From NCBI GenBank assembly GCA_048938445.1, contig JBHLME010000001.1, forward strand, positions 27,951 through 91,950: DNA of 64,000 nt. Reading direction: 5' to 3'. The notes below the pieces were generated by a model, which saw nothing but the letters and a program-made list of their open reading frames with translations, ran no database searches and had not been told where the DNA came from. Positions 30,387-39,976 of the stretch are shown here, one piece after another (the first letter of the stretch is position 1; each line of letters begins with the position of its first letter). The DNA is from Promethearchaeota archaeon. GTDB lineage: Archaea; Asgardarchaeota; Lokiarchaeia; Sigyniarchaeales; SOKP01. A program made the position numbers and the translations under genes.

Positions 30387-30708
30387 ATATTCCCCTACTG
30401 ATACTTAATAAATACAAAAAAATTTATTTTTAAAAATTATTTTTTTTTCGTGAAATGTTGTTCGTATGACACATACATTTTTATCAAAAAGATTTAATTG
30501 TGTACAAAAAATATTTTGAAAATATTAAAAAGATTTTTTATATATAACAAATATTAAAAAAAACTGCTATCAGTAAACTTTAAATTTAAAAAAAACATTG
30601 GATAAGTATATTTTTTTTAAAAAATATAAAAAAATGACAAATATTATTTAAACTTAATATAACTAGCGTATTTAATAAGATAAGAGCTGTTGAATGAAAG
30701 ATAAAACC

Positions 30709-31221
30709 AGGGTCTGGCAGAAATAAATAACTAGTTTATCAGAGGGCGAAATCATTTTACTACATTTAACTAAATTTTAATTTTTTAAAGGCAATAATCA
30801 ATTTATTAGAATTCATAGAAAAAATATATTGTATACTTTTTTCATTGAGTAATAGCTCAGAACTGTATATATTTAATTATTTAATCCACTATAATTTTAA
30901 ATAATTCATTAGATTTCATTATGGAAATTCATATCTTTAAATTTTGTTCCATAAATTTTTAAAAAAATGTCTGAATTGCTGTTTTTCTTTAAATAGAATA
31001 AATTTAAATAATTCTTTAGTTTAACTATATTAAGAAAGAACAAAAAAGATCAACAATGATCAATATCTAAAAAAAATTAATAAGGTTTAAGGATATAAAC
31101 AATGATCCCCACCACGTCCTGGATTTTTGTCTTTTGGTTAGTGTAGAAATACACTTTGATTTCGCCCTCCTTATCCTTTATTATTTTTAGGCCCTATGTT
31201 GGTCTCTGTGGTGGGAATCAC
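30709..31221. ncRNA. Candidate structured non-coding element (nested inverted repeats, GAAA-capped hairpin)
   Basis: Perfect 13-bp IR 30742-30754/31157-31169; 12/13 IR 31103-31115/31208-31220; AGTGTA-GAAA-TACACT at 31140-31155. Confidence 0.4.
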
Positions 31222-31370
31222 CCTTTTCCTTTTATATTTCTAAATTATAAGCCAGAGAAATCATTTAAATTAAAAATATAAAAACTAATGTAGTAGGTAA
31301 TCATTAATGCTATATTTTTTTTAAAATAAAATAATGAAGTCAATAAAAAGAGTGTAAGTTTCGAATTATT

Positions 31371-32369
31371 TCATAAACTTTCTAATTGAGCTGGCATGTA
31401 ATTATATGTTTTAAAATAACGCTTTTTTACATCATTTAGATTGTAAAAATGTGTTTGTGCACCTGAGGTTTCAACTACAAAAGATCCAATCACCGCCCCC
31501 AATCTGCAAGAGTCTAGTAAGGTCATGTTTAAGCTTAAACCAGTAAGTAATCCTGCCCTATATCCATCACCTGCTCCAGTAGAGTCTTCAACTTTAGTAG
31601 GTTGACTAATTGGAATATCCACATGGAAGATCTTCCCATTATTATCTTTGTAAATTAATTGTGAACCATCTTCTCCCTTCGTTGTGATAATTGCATTTAT
31701 AATTTTTAGCAATTTTTCCTCTTCAAGATCAGTCTTTTTTTTAATTTGCTCAATCTCATACTTATTTCCAATTAAAATATCCGATTTTTCAATGATTTCA
31801 ATTAATAATTCCTTAGGAAATAGAGGTGTCACTTGTCCAGGGTCAAATATCTGTGGAATGTTCATTTCGTAGAGCTGTTCTGCAAAATTGGACATAGCGT
31901 CTACGCTTTGGGTAGCATTGATTGCATAAAGATATTCCGAAGGGTTATCAATTCTTTCTCTTAAATCGATATCCTTACATTTGTCCAATGCTCCACCATG
32001 AAATATTATCATTTGATTAGCTTTAATATCATTTACAATATAACATGCCGCTGTGAATAAGTTTTCATACACATCTATACCTACTTTTATATTTTCAAAC
32101 TGAGAAATGTGATCTTTATAGCCTAGACTACTGAAGTCTTTACCAACCGATCCAAATAAATGCACGCTCGCAATATTAAGAACCCCTAGATTATATGAGA
32201 TATTACCTGCTGTGCCACCAAAATATTGAATCCTACTATTTGCTGTTACTGTACTTTGATATTCTTCTTTTTCATGATTTATAGAAACTGCATTGATAAA
32301 ATTTTCCTCAAATCCCATCAAATAATCAAAAGCAATAGAACCCAGTACTAATACTTTATTCTTTTTCAT
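31371..32369 (-). CDS. PfkB family nucleoside/adenosine kinase
   Basis: 'GSIAFD', 'FGGTAGNISYNL', 'FDPGQ', 'DSTGAGDGYRAG'. Confidence 0.92.
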   Translation of the reverse strand: MKKNKVLVLGSIAFDYLMGFEENFINAVSINHEKEEYQSTVTANSRIQYFGGTAGNISYNLGVLNIASVHLFGSVGKDFSSLGYKDHISQFENIKVGIDVYENLFTAACYIVNDIKANQMIIFHGGALDKCKDIDLRERIDNPSEYLYAINATQSVDAMSNFAEQLYEMNIPQIFDPGQVTPLFPKELLIEIIEKSDILIGNKYEIEQIKKKTDLEEEKLLKIINAIITTKGEDGSQLIYKDNNGKIFHVDIPISQPTKVEDSTGAGDGYRAGLLTGLSLNMTLLDSCRLGAVIGSFVVETSGAQTHFYNLNDVKKRYFKTYNYMPAQLESL

Positions 32370-32561
32370 CTTTAAATTAATTTAAGTTTTATTTCTATGT
32401 TAAGAATAATAGAAAAAAATACCTTAAATGTTTAATTCATTTCCATTATAACCCTACTTTTTAACTGAGGAGAAATGAGATTCTTCAAGTTAATAAAAAG
32501 ATTTTTAAATTTATAGATACAATAGTTTATTAAAATCCATAAATCCATTAGAAATAAAATC

Positions 32562-33029
32562 ATGAGAAAGCGTAAATTTGATTACGTTGATTATATCTTA
32601 ATTTCACTAATTCCTTTTGAGTTTGGTTTTTTAATTAGTGGTGATATTTTGTATACTTTTTCTATAAATCCAATTTTAGGTCAAATATTATTAGCTTTAA
32701 GTGGTGGACTCTTTTTTTTCCAAATCGTACAGGCAATCGTTGGGAGCATTAGGACTGGTGAAAAAATATATATTGGTCGTCATGATATTAAGTATCTCAC
32801 GTACTACGTGCAATTAATTGTTTTTTCATTATTAGCATTTGGTACAGCATTTTTATTTATAGTATTTTTATTTAACTTAACTTTTAGTAATCTTATTTTG
32901 TTTGGAGTTTTATGTTCAAATTTTTTTATTTTTTCCTTTTTAGCCGTGATTGGTTTAGAAAGACATAGAGTTAATAAATTAAAAAAGGAACCTATTTCTA
33001 AAGCTCATAGGAGACAATATTCAAAATAA
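32562..33029 (+). CDS. Hypothetical membrane protein (about 4 TM)
   Basis: Hydrophobic segments and basic C-terminal tail. Confidence 0.65.
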   Translation: MRKRKFDYVDYILISLIPFEFGFLISGDILYTFSINPILGQILLALSGGLFFFQIVQAIVGSIRTGEKIYIGRHDIKYLTYYVQLIVFSLLAFGTAFLFIVFLFNLTFSNLILFGVLCSNFFIFSFLAVIGLERHRVNKLKKEPISKAHRRQYSK

Positions 33030-33181
33030 TAATCCTTTATCTACAGAATGAGACAATTCTGAAATCAATATATAATAATTGAAGAAAATAACGAGTATAA
33101 TTAAAATTTATTCGCTTTATTAAAATGACTTATAATAGGTAGGAGGAATGATTTTATTATATAATTATTTTTTAAAATAAA

Positions 33182-33811
33182 ATGAAAGAATTACTTAACA
33201 ATATTAAAAATTTAAAGGAGGATCCTACCGTAAATTTACTTATTAATGAAAGAATGACAGAATTCAGCAAGATTAGAAATGATTCCATTGAGTTCATATT
33301 TAAGGAAATGTGTTTCTGTATAATGACTGCAAACTGTAGTGCTGAAAAATGTATTGAGATCCACGAAAATATGGGAGATGATTTTTTATTGCTTTCAGAA
33401 AAGGATCTATCTAAAAGATTTAAAGAATTAGGATATCGATTTCCAAATGTTAGAGCGAGTTATATCGTAGAAAATCGAAAATGTATGAAAAATATTGATT
33501 TCAAAATAAAAAATGAGATAAATGATAAAGACTTAAGAGACTGGTTGGTAAAGGCTGTAAAAGGTCTCGGATACAAAGAAGCTAGCCATTTCCTTAGAAA
33601 TATTGGTTTCACCAATTATGCAATAATAGATTTCCACATAGTTGATTTGTTGGTAAAGCATGAATTAATTGAAAAACCGAAAACCATGACAAAAAAACAG
33701 TACTTAGAGATTGAAAAATTATTAAATGAGATCGCATCAAAACTCAAGCTAAACCTCGGAAAATTGGATCTCTACTTATGGTATTTAGAAACGCGAAAAA
33801 TCCTCAAGTAA
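33182..33811 (+). CDS. ogg: 8-oxoguanine DNA glycosylase/AP lyase (Ogg2/archaeal type)
   Basis: 'E.CFCIMTAN', 'GYRFPNVRA', 'KGLGYKEASHFLRNIG..NYAIIDFH', 'LDLYLWY..T..ILK'. Confidence 0.93.
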   Translation: MKELLNNIKNLKEDPTVNLLINERMTEFSKIRNDSIEFIFKEMCFCIMTANCSAEKCIEIHENMGDDFLLLSEKDLSKRFKELGYRFPNVRASYIVENRKCMKNIDFKIKNEINDKDLRDWLVKAVKGLGYKEASHFLRNIGFTNYAIIDFHIVDLLVKHELIEKPKTMTKKQYLEIEKLLNEIASKLKLNLGKLDLYLWYLETRKILK

Positions 33812-33976
33812 AAACATTTTATTGTCAAGATTATTTAAATTCGAGCTTTATAAATTTAGAAATGTATATTATTAGAAATGTAAAAAAAAATTTTTAGATA
33901 AAGTTTTAAATAATTCAATGTTAAATTATTAATATCTTTATTTCACGAGGAGAAAAATAATAGGTGAATAAAAAAA

Positions 33977-34426
33977 ATGTCATGGGAAAATGAAAAATGG
34001 GTTTCAATAATGGGAAAATGGGCTTGGGTCGTTACATTAGTATGTGGACTCATCAACTTATTATGGGCTATAGTTAGCACAGTCTCAGCGTTCTCAGCAT
34101 ATCAAGCTAGTGTGGCTCTTTACGGAATTGGAATAGTAGGAGCCTTTTCAATAAATATAGGTTATGTGTGGAACATCATTAGTTCGATAATATTGATTAT
34201 TTTCTCTATTGTAATAGTTAAACCTAGATTTTCGAAAAAATGTGCGGATAATGATTGGGATTATTTACTCAATGATGTCTTGCCTCTTGGAAGCATAAGA
34301 TTTCCAATGATATTTGTATGGGCGATAATCGCTGAAATTTTACTTTATTGGAGTGGAATACTTATAATTATTCCCGCAATAATGATAATCTTCTTCGGTC
34401 CAGAAGAATATCAGTGGAAAAAATAA
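33977..34426 (+). CDS. Hypothetical membrane protein
   Basis: AGGTGA SD; Trp-rich TM segments. Confidence 0.75.
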   Translation: MSWENEKWVSIMGKWAWVVTLVCGLINLLWAIVSTVSAFSAYQASVALYGIGIVGAFSINIGYVWNIISSIILIIFSIVIVKPRFSKKCADNDWDYLLNDVLPLGSIRFPMIFVWAIIAEILLYWSGILIIIPAIMIIFFGPEEYQWKK

Positions 34427-34528
34427 AATAAATTAAATTTTCCTTTTTTCTCTTTTTTTTAATCTCTCATTCATTTAATCTTTAATAAAAGTCTTAAATA
34501 TAATTACTAGAAAAAATAAAGTTTAAAA

Positions 34529-34593
34529 CCTTTTTCCCCCGTGAAAAAGGCTGATACATCTTAACCCCTTTTAAATCCGTAAAAAAGGCTGAT
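34529..34593. repeat. Two tandem 27-nt hairpin units, period 38
   Basis: CCTTTT-N4-CCGT-R-AAAAAGGCTGAT at 34529-34555 and 34567-34593. Confidence 0.75.
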
Positions 34594-34596
34594 TAA

Positions 34597-34932
34597 TTAA
34601 TAACTTATCGAATCTTCTGATTCTTCTTCATCTGATTCTTCATCGCTTTCTAATAGAAAGTCTAATGGTATGTCAATTTCTATTTCAGCGGTTCTTAATT
34701 TTCTCATGAATTGCCGGGCACCATAATCATTGAGCATTAATTCAAGAAAATTTTGATAAATGCCAATTACATTGTCTAATCCCATTTTGAATAAAGCATC
34801 ATCATCATTCAATGTGATTTTCAAGATTTCATAGATACCTTTTACACAACTCTTAATTCGGGAGAAATTATCATCAGCCTTATTTTCAAGATCCGCATTA
34901 AATTGCATGTTAATAGCTTCTTCCCTTATCAA
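34597..34932 (-). CDS. Small orphan protein with acidic tail; paralogue of 36261-36512
   Basis: GAGGTG SD suggests a TTG start near 34932 (alternatives: ATG 34908, or 35016 as in the track); shares G-x2-EIL-x-I..G-x-DN..N-x-LE-x-M..R..KLR with the 83-aa ORF. Confidence 0.7.
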   Translation of the reverse strand: MIREEAINMQFNADLENKADDNFSRIKSCVKGIYEILKITLNDDDALFKMGLDNVIGIYQNFLELMLNDYGARQFMRKLRTAEIEIDIPLDFLLESDEESDEEESEDSISY

Positions 34933-34997
34933 CCCGTACACCTCAAAATAAGTAAGTATGATCAAGTATAAAAAATAGTTTTTTTTTGTCGATTTAT

Positions 34998-35033
34998 GAT
35001 ATGATATCACGAACATATATCATATCTTCGTGA
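34998..35033. promoter_or_regulatory. Interleaved palindromes upstream of a TATA-like box
   Basis: GATATGATAT/ATATCATATC (34998-35007/35017-35026) and TCACGAA/TTCGTGA (35007-35013/35027-35033); TTTTTATA on the minus strand near 34967-34974. Confidence 0.5.
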
Positions 35034-35078
35034 AAAATGTATAATAACTACAATTTTAATTGAATTTGTATCTTCAAA

Positions 35079-36125
35079 TCAGATTATTACAATTAATTCA
35101 ATTTTATGAAAGAAATATCCAGTAATCCAGATAATGATGACACTCACAATTCCAACCATTAATGCTCCGATTAAAAGTAAATCATCAGGAAAGAAATTAA
35201 ATGAAACAAATATCACAATCAAGTGAATTATGAATAACATTAGAGCATTTTTCCCTAACACGCTAATTATATTATCCTTTTGTAAAATAGGATGAGAGCG
35301 TCCAAAAATTTCAAAAACATAAAAAATTAAAAGTAATATAAGAGAAGCAATTCCGATTGATATCAGAGAATATGAAATAGTCATGTATTGCCTACTAACA
35401 AGGAAATTTATATTAAAAACATAAAAAGAATTCAAAGATATCCCTATAACTATAAGGATCATGCCCCCATATCCAAAAACTTGCAATGGTTTCTTAAAAT
35501 TACCATCATTATATGAAGAAATGCCATCAGCTAACACGGTGGATAAGAGCATCATACCAGCCCATGATAGTGAACCAAAGAAACCACCCTCAGCACCATC
35601 ATAAATTATTTGTTTAAATGGCGTTTCTAAAAGTAATTGATGCGAAATAAAAAGTAATATTGCAAAGGAAATCCTAATATACTTTTTTTGCTCTATAAAA
35701 GGTAATGCGATAAGTCCGGATAGTCCAAGAACTTGAAGAGTCCCCCAATTAAATGTAAAAATTCCTGCTTCGGTTTCACCAATAGATAAAGCCATTCCCA
35801 ATCCTATGAAAATTAAATATCGGTAGAAAAATCTGAAATATGCTCGTAATCTGCCAAACTCTTTTAAACGCCGAGAAAATGAACTCCTAAAATTTAGAGC
35901 CATCATGAAAAGAAAAAAGGGTGCTATTAAATCAACATAAGTTAATCCATAATATTCAGGGTGTTTACTCCACACTGGAATGTTATCAAAATGTCCTGTA
36001 GTATTAACAAAAACCATTAAAAGTATTGTCAAACCCTTAAAGAAATCAATACTCAATAACCGTTTCTTAGTAACCTCTTCATTTTCGCTATTCTTACTCT
36101 CACTGTTAATATTTGAATCATTCAT
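35079..36125 (-). CDS. HGSNAT/DUF5009-like membrane acetyltransferase
   Basis: 'RLLSIDFFKGLTILLMVFVN', 'H...GLTYVDLIAPFFLF', 'GTLQ', 'LGKNAL'. Confidence 0.85.
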   Translation of the reverse strand: MNDSNINSESKNSENEEVTKKRLLSIDFFKGLTILLMVFVNTTGHFDNIPVWSKHPEYYGLTYVDLIAPFFLFMMALNFRSSFSRRLKEFGRLRAYFRFFYRYLIFIGLGMALSIGETEAGIFTFNWGTLQVLGLSGLIALPFIEQKKYIRISFAILLFISHQLLLETPFKQIIYDGAEGGFFGSLSWAGMMLLSTVLADGISSYNDGNFKKPLQVFGYGGMILIVIGISLNSFYVFNINFLVSRQYMTISYSLISIGIASLILLLIFYVFEIFGRSHPILQKDNIISVLGKNALMLFIIHLIVIFVSFNFFPDDLLLIGALMVGIVSVIIIWITGYFFHKIELIVII

Positions 36126-36260
36126 GTTTTGAAAAAGTAGTATTAGTACAATTTTATACTAATATATAATATTAAAGCTTAGAAATAAAGAATGGTTTTT
36201 TTTAAAAACAAGAAAAATAATTAAAATATCATTAAATTATTTAAATAAATGAAATTAAGC

Positions 36261-36512
36261 TTAAAATGGAAAAGGATTATTTGATTCGATTTCATCATTC
36301 TCGAGTTCTCGCAATTTAATTCGAATTTCTCGAGGGGTATGACAACTTTTCATTATTTCAAGGATATTTTCGTTTAATGCTTTTAGATTGTCCATACCTA
36401 CTTGATGATAAAAATTATTTTCACTAAAATTAATATTAAGAATCTCAGCCAATCCAGAGAGCGACTCTCTTACTTTTTCGTAATATCCAAATGTTTTATC
36501 AATTTTTTCCAT
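36261..36512 (-). CDS. Small orphan protein; paralogue of 34597-34932
   Basis: GGTGA SD, TTTATATA box upstream, shared motif pattern. Confidence 0.75.
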   Translation of the reverse strand: MEKIDKTFGYYEKVRESLSGLAEILNINFSENNFYHQVGMDNLKALNENILEIMKSCHTPREIRIKLRELENDEIESNNPFPF

Positions 36513-37195
36513 TTTTTTTAATCACCATATTTATTTATATTTTAAAATTTTTTTTCCTATGATTAAAATAGTTTTTTTCATATATAAACTTGTCACTTTT
36601 CCGCACTTCTGTGTCATAAAAACGAACAAATAATGTATGTGATCAGATCATTTTCGATTAATTTAGTATTGTTATTTTGTTAATTATCAGTATAATGTTA
36701 GGATCATCATTATATAATTATTTCATTATACTATATTATTATGATCGAAATCAGTCATTTCATGATTTTAATATGCATAAAATATATAATAAATTCCGAA
36801 AAACAATATTTTTGACGGATTCATTACCTTTTTAACTTTTTCGCGACTGTCTCGCTACTTTTTCAAGGGTTTTTTGACTAAATCAGGAATATAATAATTA
36901 AATAGTGATTTCTCTGATCAATAAACGAAAGTATATGAAACTATGAATTATAATTTTAAATCCTCTAATTTAATAAGGGAATAATTTATTAATCATTATC
37001 AAAAACAATTAATTCTACAAAATATTTTATTTACTAAATATAAGTGCAAAAATATGATATAGATTATCTATAATTTAAAAAATTTTTTCTTAAATTAACT
37101 CAAAGCTATTTTTATTTTTTTTATTTTTATTTCCTAACTTTTAATAAGTACGATAAATACTTCTTCACTTGATCTACTACTATAAAAAAAGTATT

Positions 37196-38626
37196 ATGAC
37201 GTATACAGGAACAATGTTTGGAACTGCTGGAATACGAAAGGTCTTTCAAAATTATAGTGAATCAGATCTAATGTTCACGCCACATATGGCTTTAGACGTA
37301 GGTCTTGCTTTAGGTAGTTATGTTAATAAAGGAGTAGTTGTCATTGGCAGGGACATACGGATGTCAGCTTTGGCAATAGAGCATGCCTTAATTTCGGGAT
37401 TAGTCAGTTGTGGATGCAAGATAATGACACTAGGGATTGTAACCACGCCTACGTTAGCCATGTCTCTTCGATATTTAGGGGCAGATGCAGGTGTTATGAT
37501 AACGGCTTCACATAATACACCTGAATATATAGGTTTGAAGTTGTGGAATCGTTCAGGTTTGGGATTTACTCCAGATCAAGAAGAAGAAATAGAAAGACTG
37601 TATAATGATAAAGATTTTTGCACTATTCATTGGGATGAAATTGGAAAAGTCACGCATATAAATGATATCAATGATACACATATCCTAGATATTACAGAAA
37701 GAATAATGTTTGACGGAAGTGAACTGACAGTCTTAGTGGATCCAGGTAACGGTTCAAGCTGTGAAATTGTTCCAAAACTCTTAAGCGAATACAGTGTTAA
37801 CATAATGACCATCAATGCTCAAATGGATGGTAAATTCCCTGGTCGCCATAGCGAACCTAGTAAAGAGAATTTAGAACAAATTGCAAAATATTTAACAATT
37901 TCAAATAAAGAAGATATAGGTATAGCTCTTGATGGAGATGCTGATAGAGTAATATTTCTTGATGAGAATGGGACAATCGTGGATCCAATTCGACTTTTAA
38001 CCCTCATGGCAAAATACTATTTAGAAAATAATAAGAAATCATTGAAAAAAGAAAATCGAAAAATAGTAACACCGATAAATTCATCAAGTATTGTTGAAGA
38101 TGTATTAAATCCTCTTGGTTGCGAAGTGATTAGATGTGAGGTAGGAGATATAAAAGTCGCCCTTAAATTAAAGGAAAATGGAGGATTTTTAGGAGGTGAA
38201 AACTCAGGGACATATATTTGGCCTGAATTTCACTGTGGTCCTGACTCAATAGTTACCATCGCAAAAGTTTTACAGATGATGGTTAAAGAAGATAAAGCTT
38301 TGAGAGTGCTTTTAGACGAAATACCTAACTATCCATTTTATCGTCAAAATTTCCGATTAAAGAAGGATATTCCCTTTACAAACGATATGAATCAAAAAAT
38401 ATTGGATAAAATAAAGGAAACTTTTAAGTCATTGGGAATAAAAATCGATAATATAAATAAGTTGGATGGATTTAGATTTGATTATGAAGGAGGTTGGATT
38501 TTAATAAGACGATCAGGAACGAGTCCTTATTTAAGAATTTCTGGTGAATCCATAGAATCAATGCAAAAATCTGTAGAGATGAATAAAATCGTAGAAGAGA
38601 AAATGAGAGAATTAAATTTAATATAA
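37196..38626 (+). CDS. Phosphoglucomutase/phosphomannomutase/phosphoglucosamine mutase family
   Basis: 'FGTAGIR', 'ITASHNTPEY', 'DGDADR', 'GGENSG', 'RRSGT'; ATG 37196 preferred over TTG 37169. Confidence 0.93.
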   Translation: MTYTGTMFGTAGIRKVFQNYSESDLMFTPHMALDVGLALGSYVNKGVVVIGRDIRMSALAIEHALISGLVSCGCKIMTLGIVTTPTLAMSLRYLGADAGVMITASHNTPEYIGLKLWNRSGLGFTPDQEEEIERLYNDKDFCTIHWDEIGKVTHINDINDTHILDITERIMFDGSELTVLVDPGNGSSCEIVPKLLSEYSVNIMTINAQMDGKFPGRHSEPSKENLEQIAKYLTISNKEDIGIALDGDADRVIFLDENGTIVDPIRLLTLMAKYYLENNKKSLKKENRKIVTPINSSSIVEDVLNPLGCEVIRCEVGDIKVALKLKENGGFLGGENSGTYIWPEFHCGPDSIVTIAKVLQMMVKEDKALRVLLDEIPNYPFYRQNFRLKKDIPFTNDMNQKILDKIKETFKSLGIKIDNINKLDGFRFDYEGGWILIRRSGTSPYLRISGESIESMQKSVEMNKIVEEKMRELNLI

Positions 38627-38645
38627 TTTTATTTTGTCAAGCAAT

Positions 38646-39842
38646 CTAATTCTTTGCTAATCTTGGTAGATAAGTTTCTTCACATAATTTAATAAGAGAA
38701 TTTTTGTATTCAATCATATTTTTTGCCCAATCTGGATCACTGAGGTATCTCTTATCAATATCATCAGCTCTCTCCCATAAATAAAAAGGTGCTTTTTCAA
38801 AACGAACTTTTTTCTTAAATTCCTTATACCAAATTTCTGGTAACTTGTTTTCTATTTCAACTTCTAACATTTTTGCTAGAAATAATGACCAAGCTCGAGG
38901 AACCACACTCATTAAATAACCTCCTCCTCCAAATGCCAACCATTTATTTTGGCAATATTCTCTTGCACTTGTTTTTAAAGACTGGGCAATATCCCTATAA
39001 ATTGAAACTGATAGTCCTAATTGGGTGAGAGGATCCCTATGGTTGGTATCTACGCCTAATTGAGTCAATAATATATCAGGTTTATATGTTTCTAAAATCT
39101 TTGGAGCTGTTTTTCTTAATAAATCTATAAAAAGCTTATCATTAAAATAGCGTTTTAATGGAAAATTAATTGAAAATCCCTTTCCCTTTCCTTCTCCAAT
39201 TTCATTGATAGAACCTGTACCTGGAAACAAGTGCTTACCATCTTCATGATACGATATTGTTAAAACATTGGGATCATCATAAAATAACCATTGAACTCCA
39301 TCTCCATGATGGCAATCGATATCTATATAAGCGATTTTTATATCTTTTTTTAAGGTTTTCAAATGAGCAATGGCAACAGCAATATCATTAAATATACAAA
39401 ATCCCGAAGCCCTGCTTTTTTGCGCGTGATGTAGTCCTCCTGCAGGATTAAAAGTTACTTTAAAAACATCATCCGACCAAACTTTCTCTGCGGCCATCAA
39501 ACTTGCACCACATATTAATGCAGATGCTTCATACATTCCTTCAAATACAGGATTATCTCCAGGACCTAATCCAAAACTATATGATATTACTGAATTATCT
39601 CGCGGATTAGAGCTTAATTTTCTAATTACATCAATATATTCAGGAGAATGAACTCGTGCTAATTCGTCTCTTGTACAATATCTTGGCTTTATTATTTCTA
39701 ACAAGCTATTATTAAGTAAGCCCAATTCTTTAAATAAGCTAAAAGTAAGTTCGAGCCGTAATGGTCTTAATGGATGCGTATCTCCAAAATTATATTGATA
39801 ATATTCTTCAGTAAAATAAAGACCTACCTTATAGTTTACCAT
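38646..39842 (-). CDS. acuC: AcuC-type Zn-dependent protein deacetylase (HDAC family)
   Basis: 'HPLRP.R', 'GDNP', 'GGLHHA', 'SGFC', 'DIDCHHGDG', 'FPGTG', 'GGGGY'. Confidence 0.93.
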   Translation of the reverse strand: MVNYKVGLYFTEEYYQYNFGDTHPLRPLRLELTFSLFKELGLLNNSLLEIIKPRYCTRDELARVHSPEYIDVIRKLSSNPRDNSVISYSFGLGPGDNPVFEGMYEASALICGASLMAAEKVWSDDVFKVTFNPAGGLHHAQKSRASGFCIFNDIAVAIAHLKTLKKDIKIAYIDIDCHHGDGVQWLFYDDPNVLTISYHEDGKHLFPGTGSINEIGEGKGKGFSINFPLKRYFNDKLFIDLLRKTAPKILETYKPDILLTQLGVDTNHRDPLTQLGLSVSIYRDIAQSLKTSAREYCQNKWLAFGGGGYLMSVVPRAWSLFLAKMLEVEIENKLPEIWYKEFKKKVRFEKAPFYLWERADDIDKRYLSDPDWAKNMIEYKNSLIKLCEETYLPRLAKN

Positions 39843-39976
39843 CTCTAATTAAACCAATATAGCATGCCCTTTTAAAGTATCCTTTTTTAAAAAATAACTC
39901 CAATAATAGGTCTATTTCTTCTGTTAGGGGAATAAAGTAATATTATTCTTTATTGTTTCCTTCTTCTATTTTTTAG

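Noticed and set aside
30387-31370. Replication origin, 5S rRNA, SRP RNA or RNase P RNA
   Set aside because: No canonical ORB box or adjacent orc1/cdc6, and none of the conserved RNA signature sequences; kept only as an unknown structured element
34529-34593. Mini CRISPR array
   Set aside because: Only two imperfect units with an 11-nt spacer and no cas genes
36642-37168. Hidden gene or RNA in the intergenic region before the phosphomutase
   Set aside because: No convincing ORF or stable stem found by eye, only a short GC-richer patch near 36840-36870
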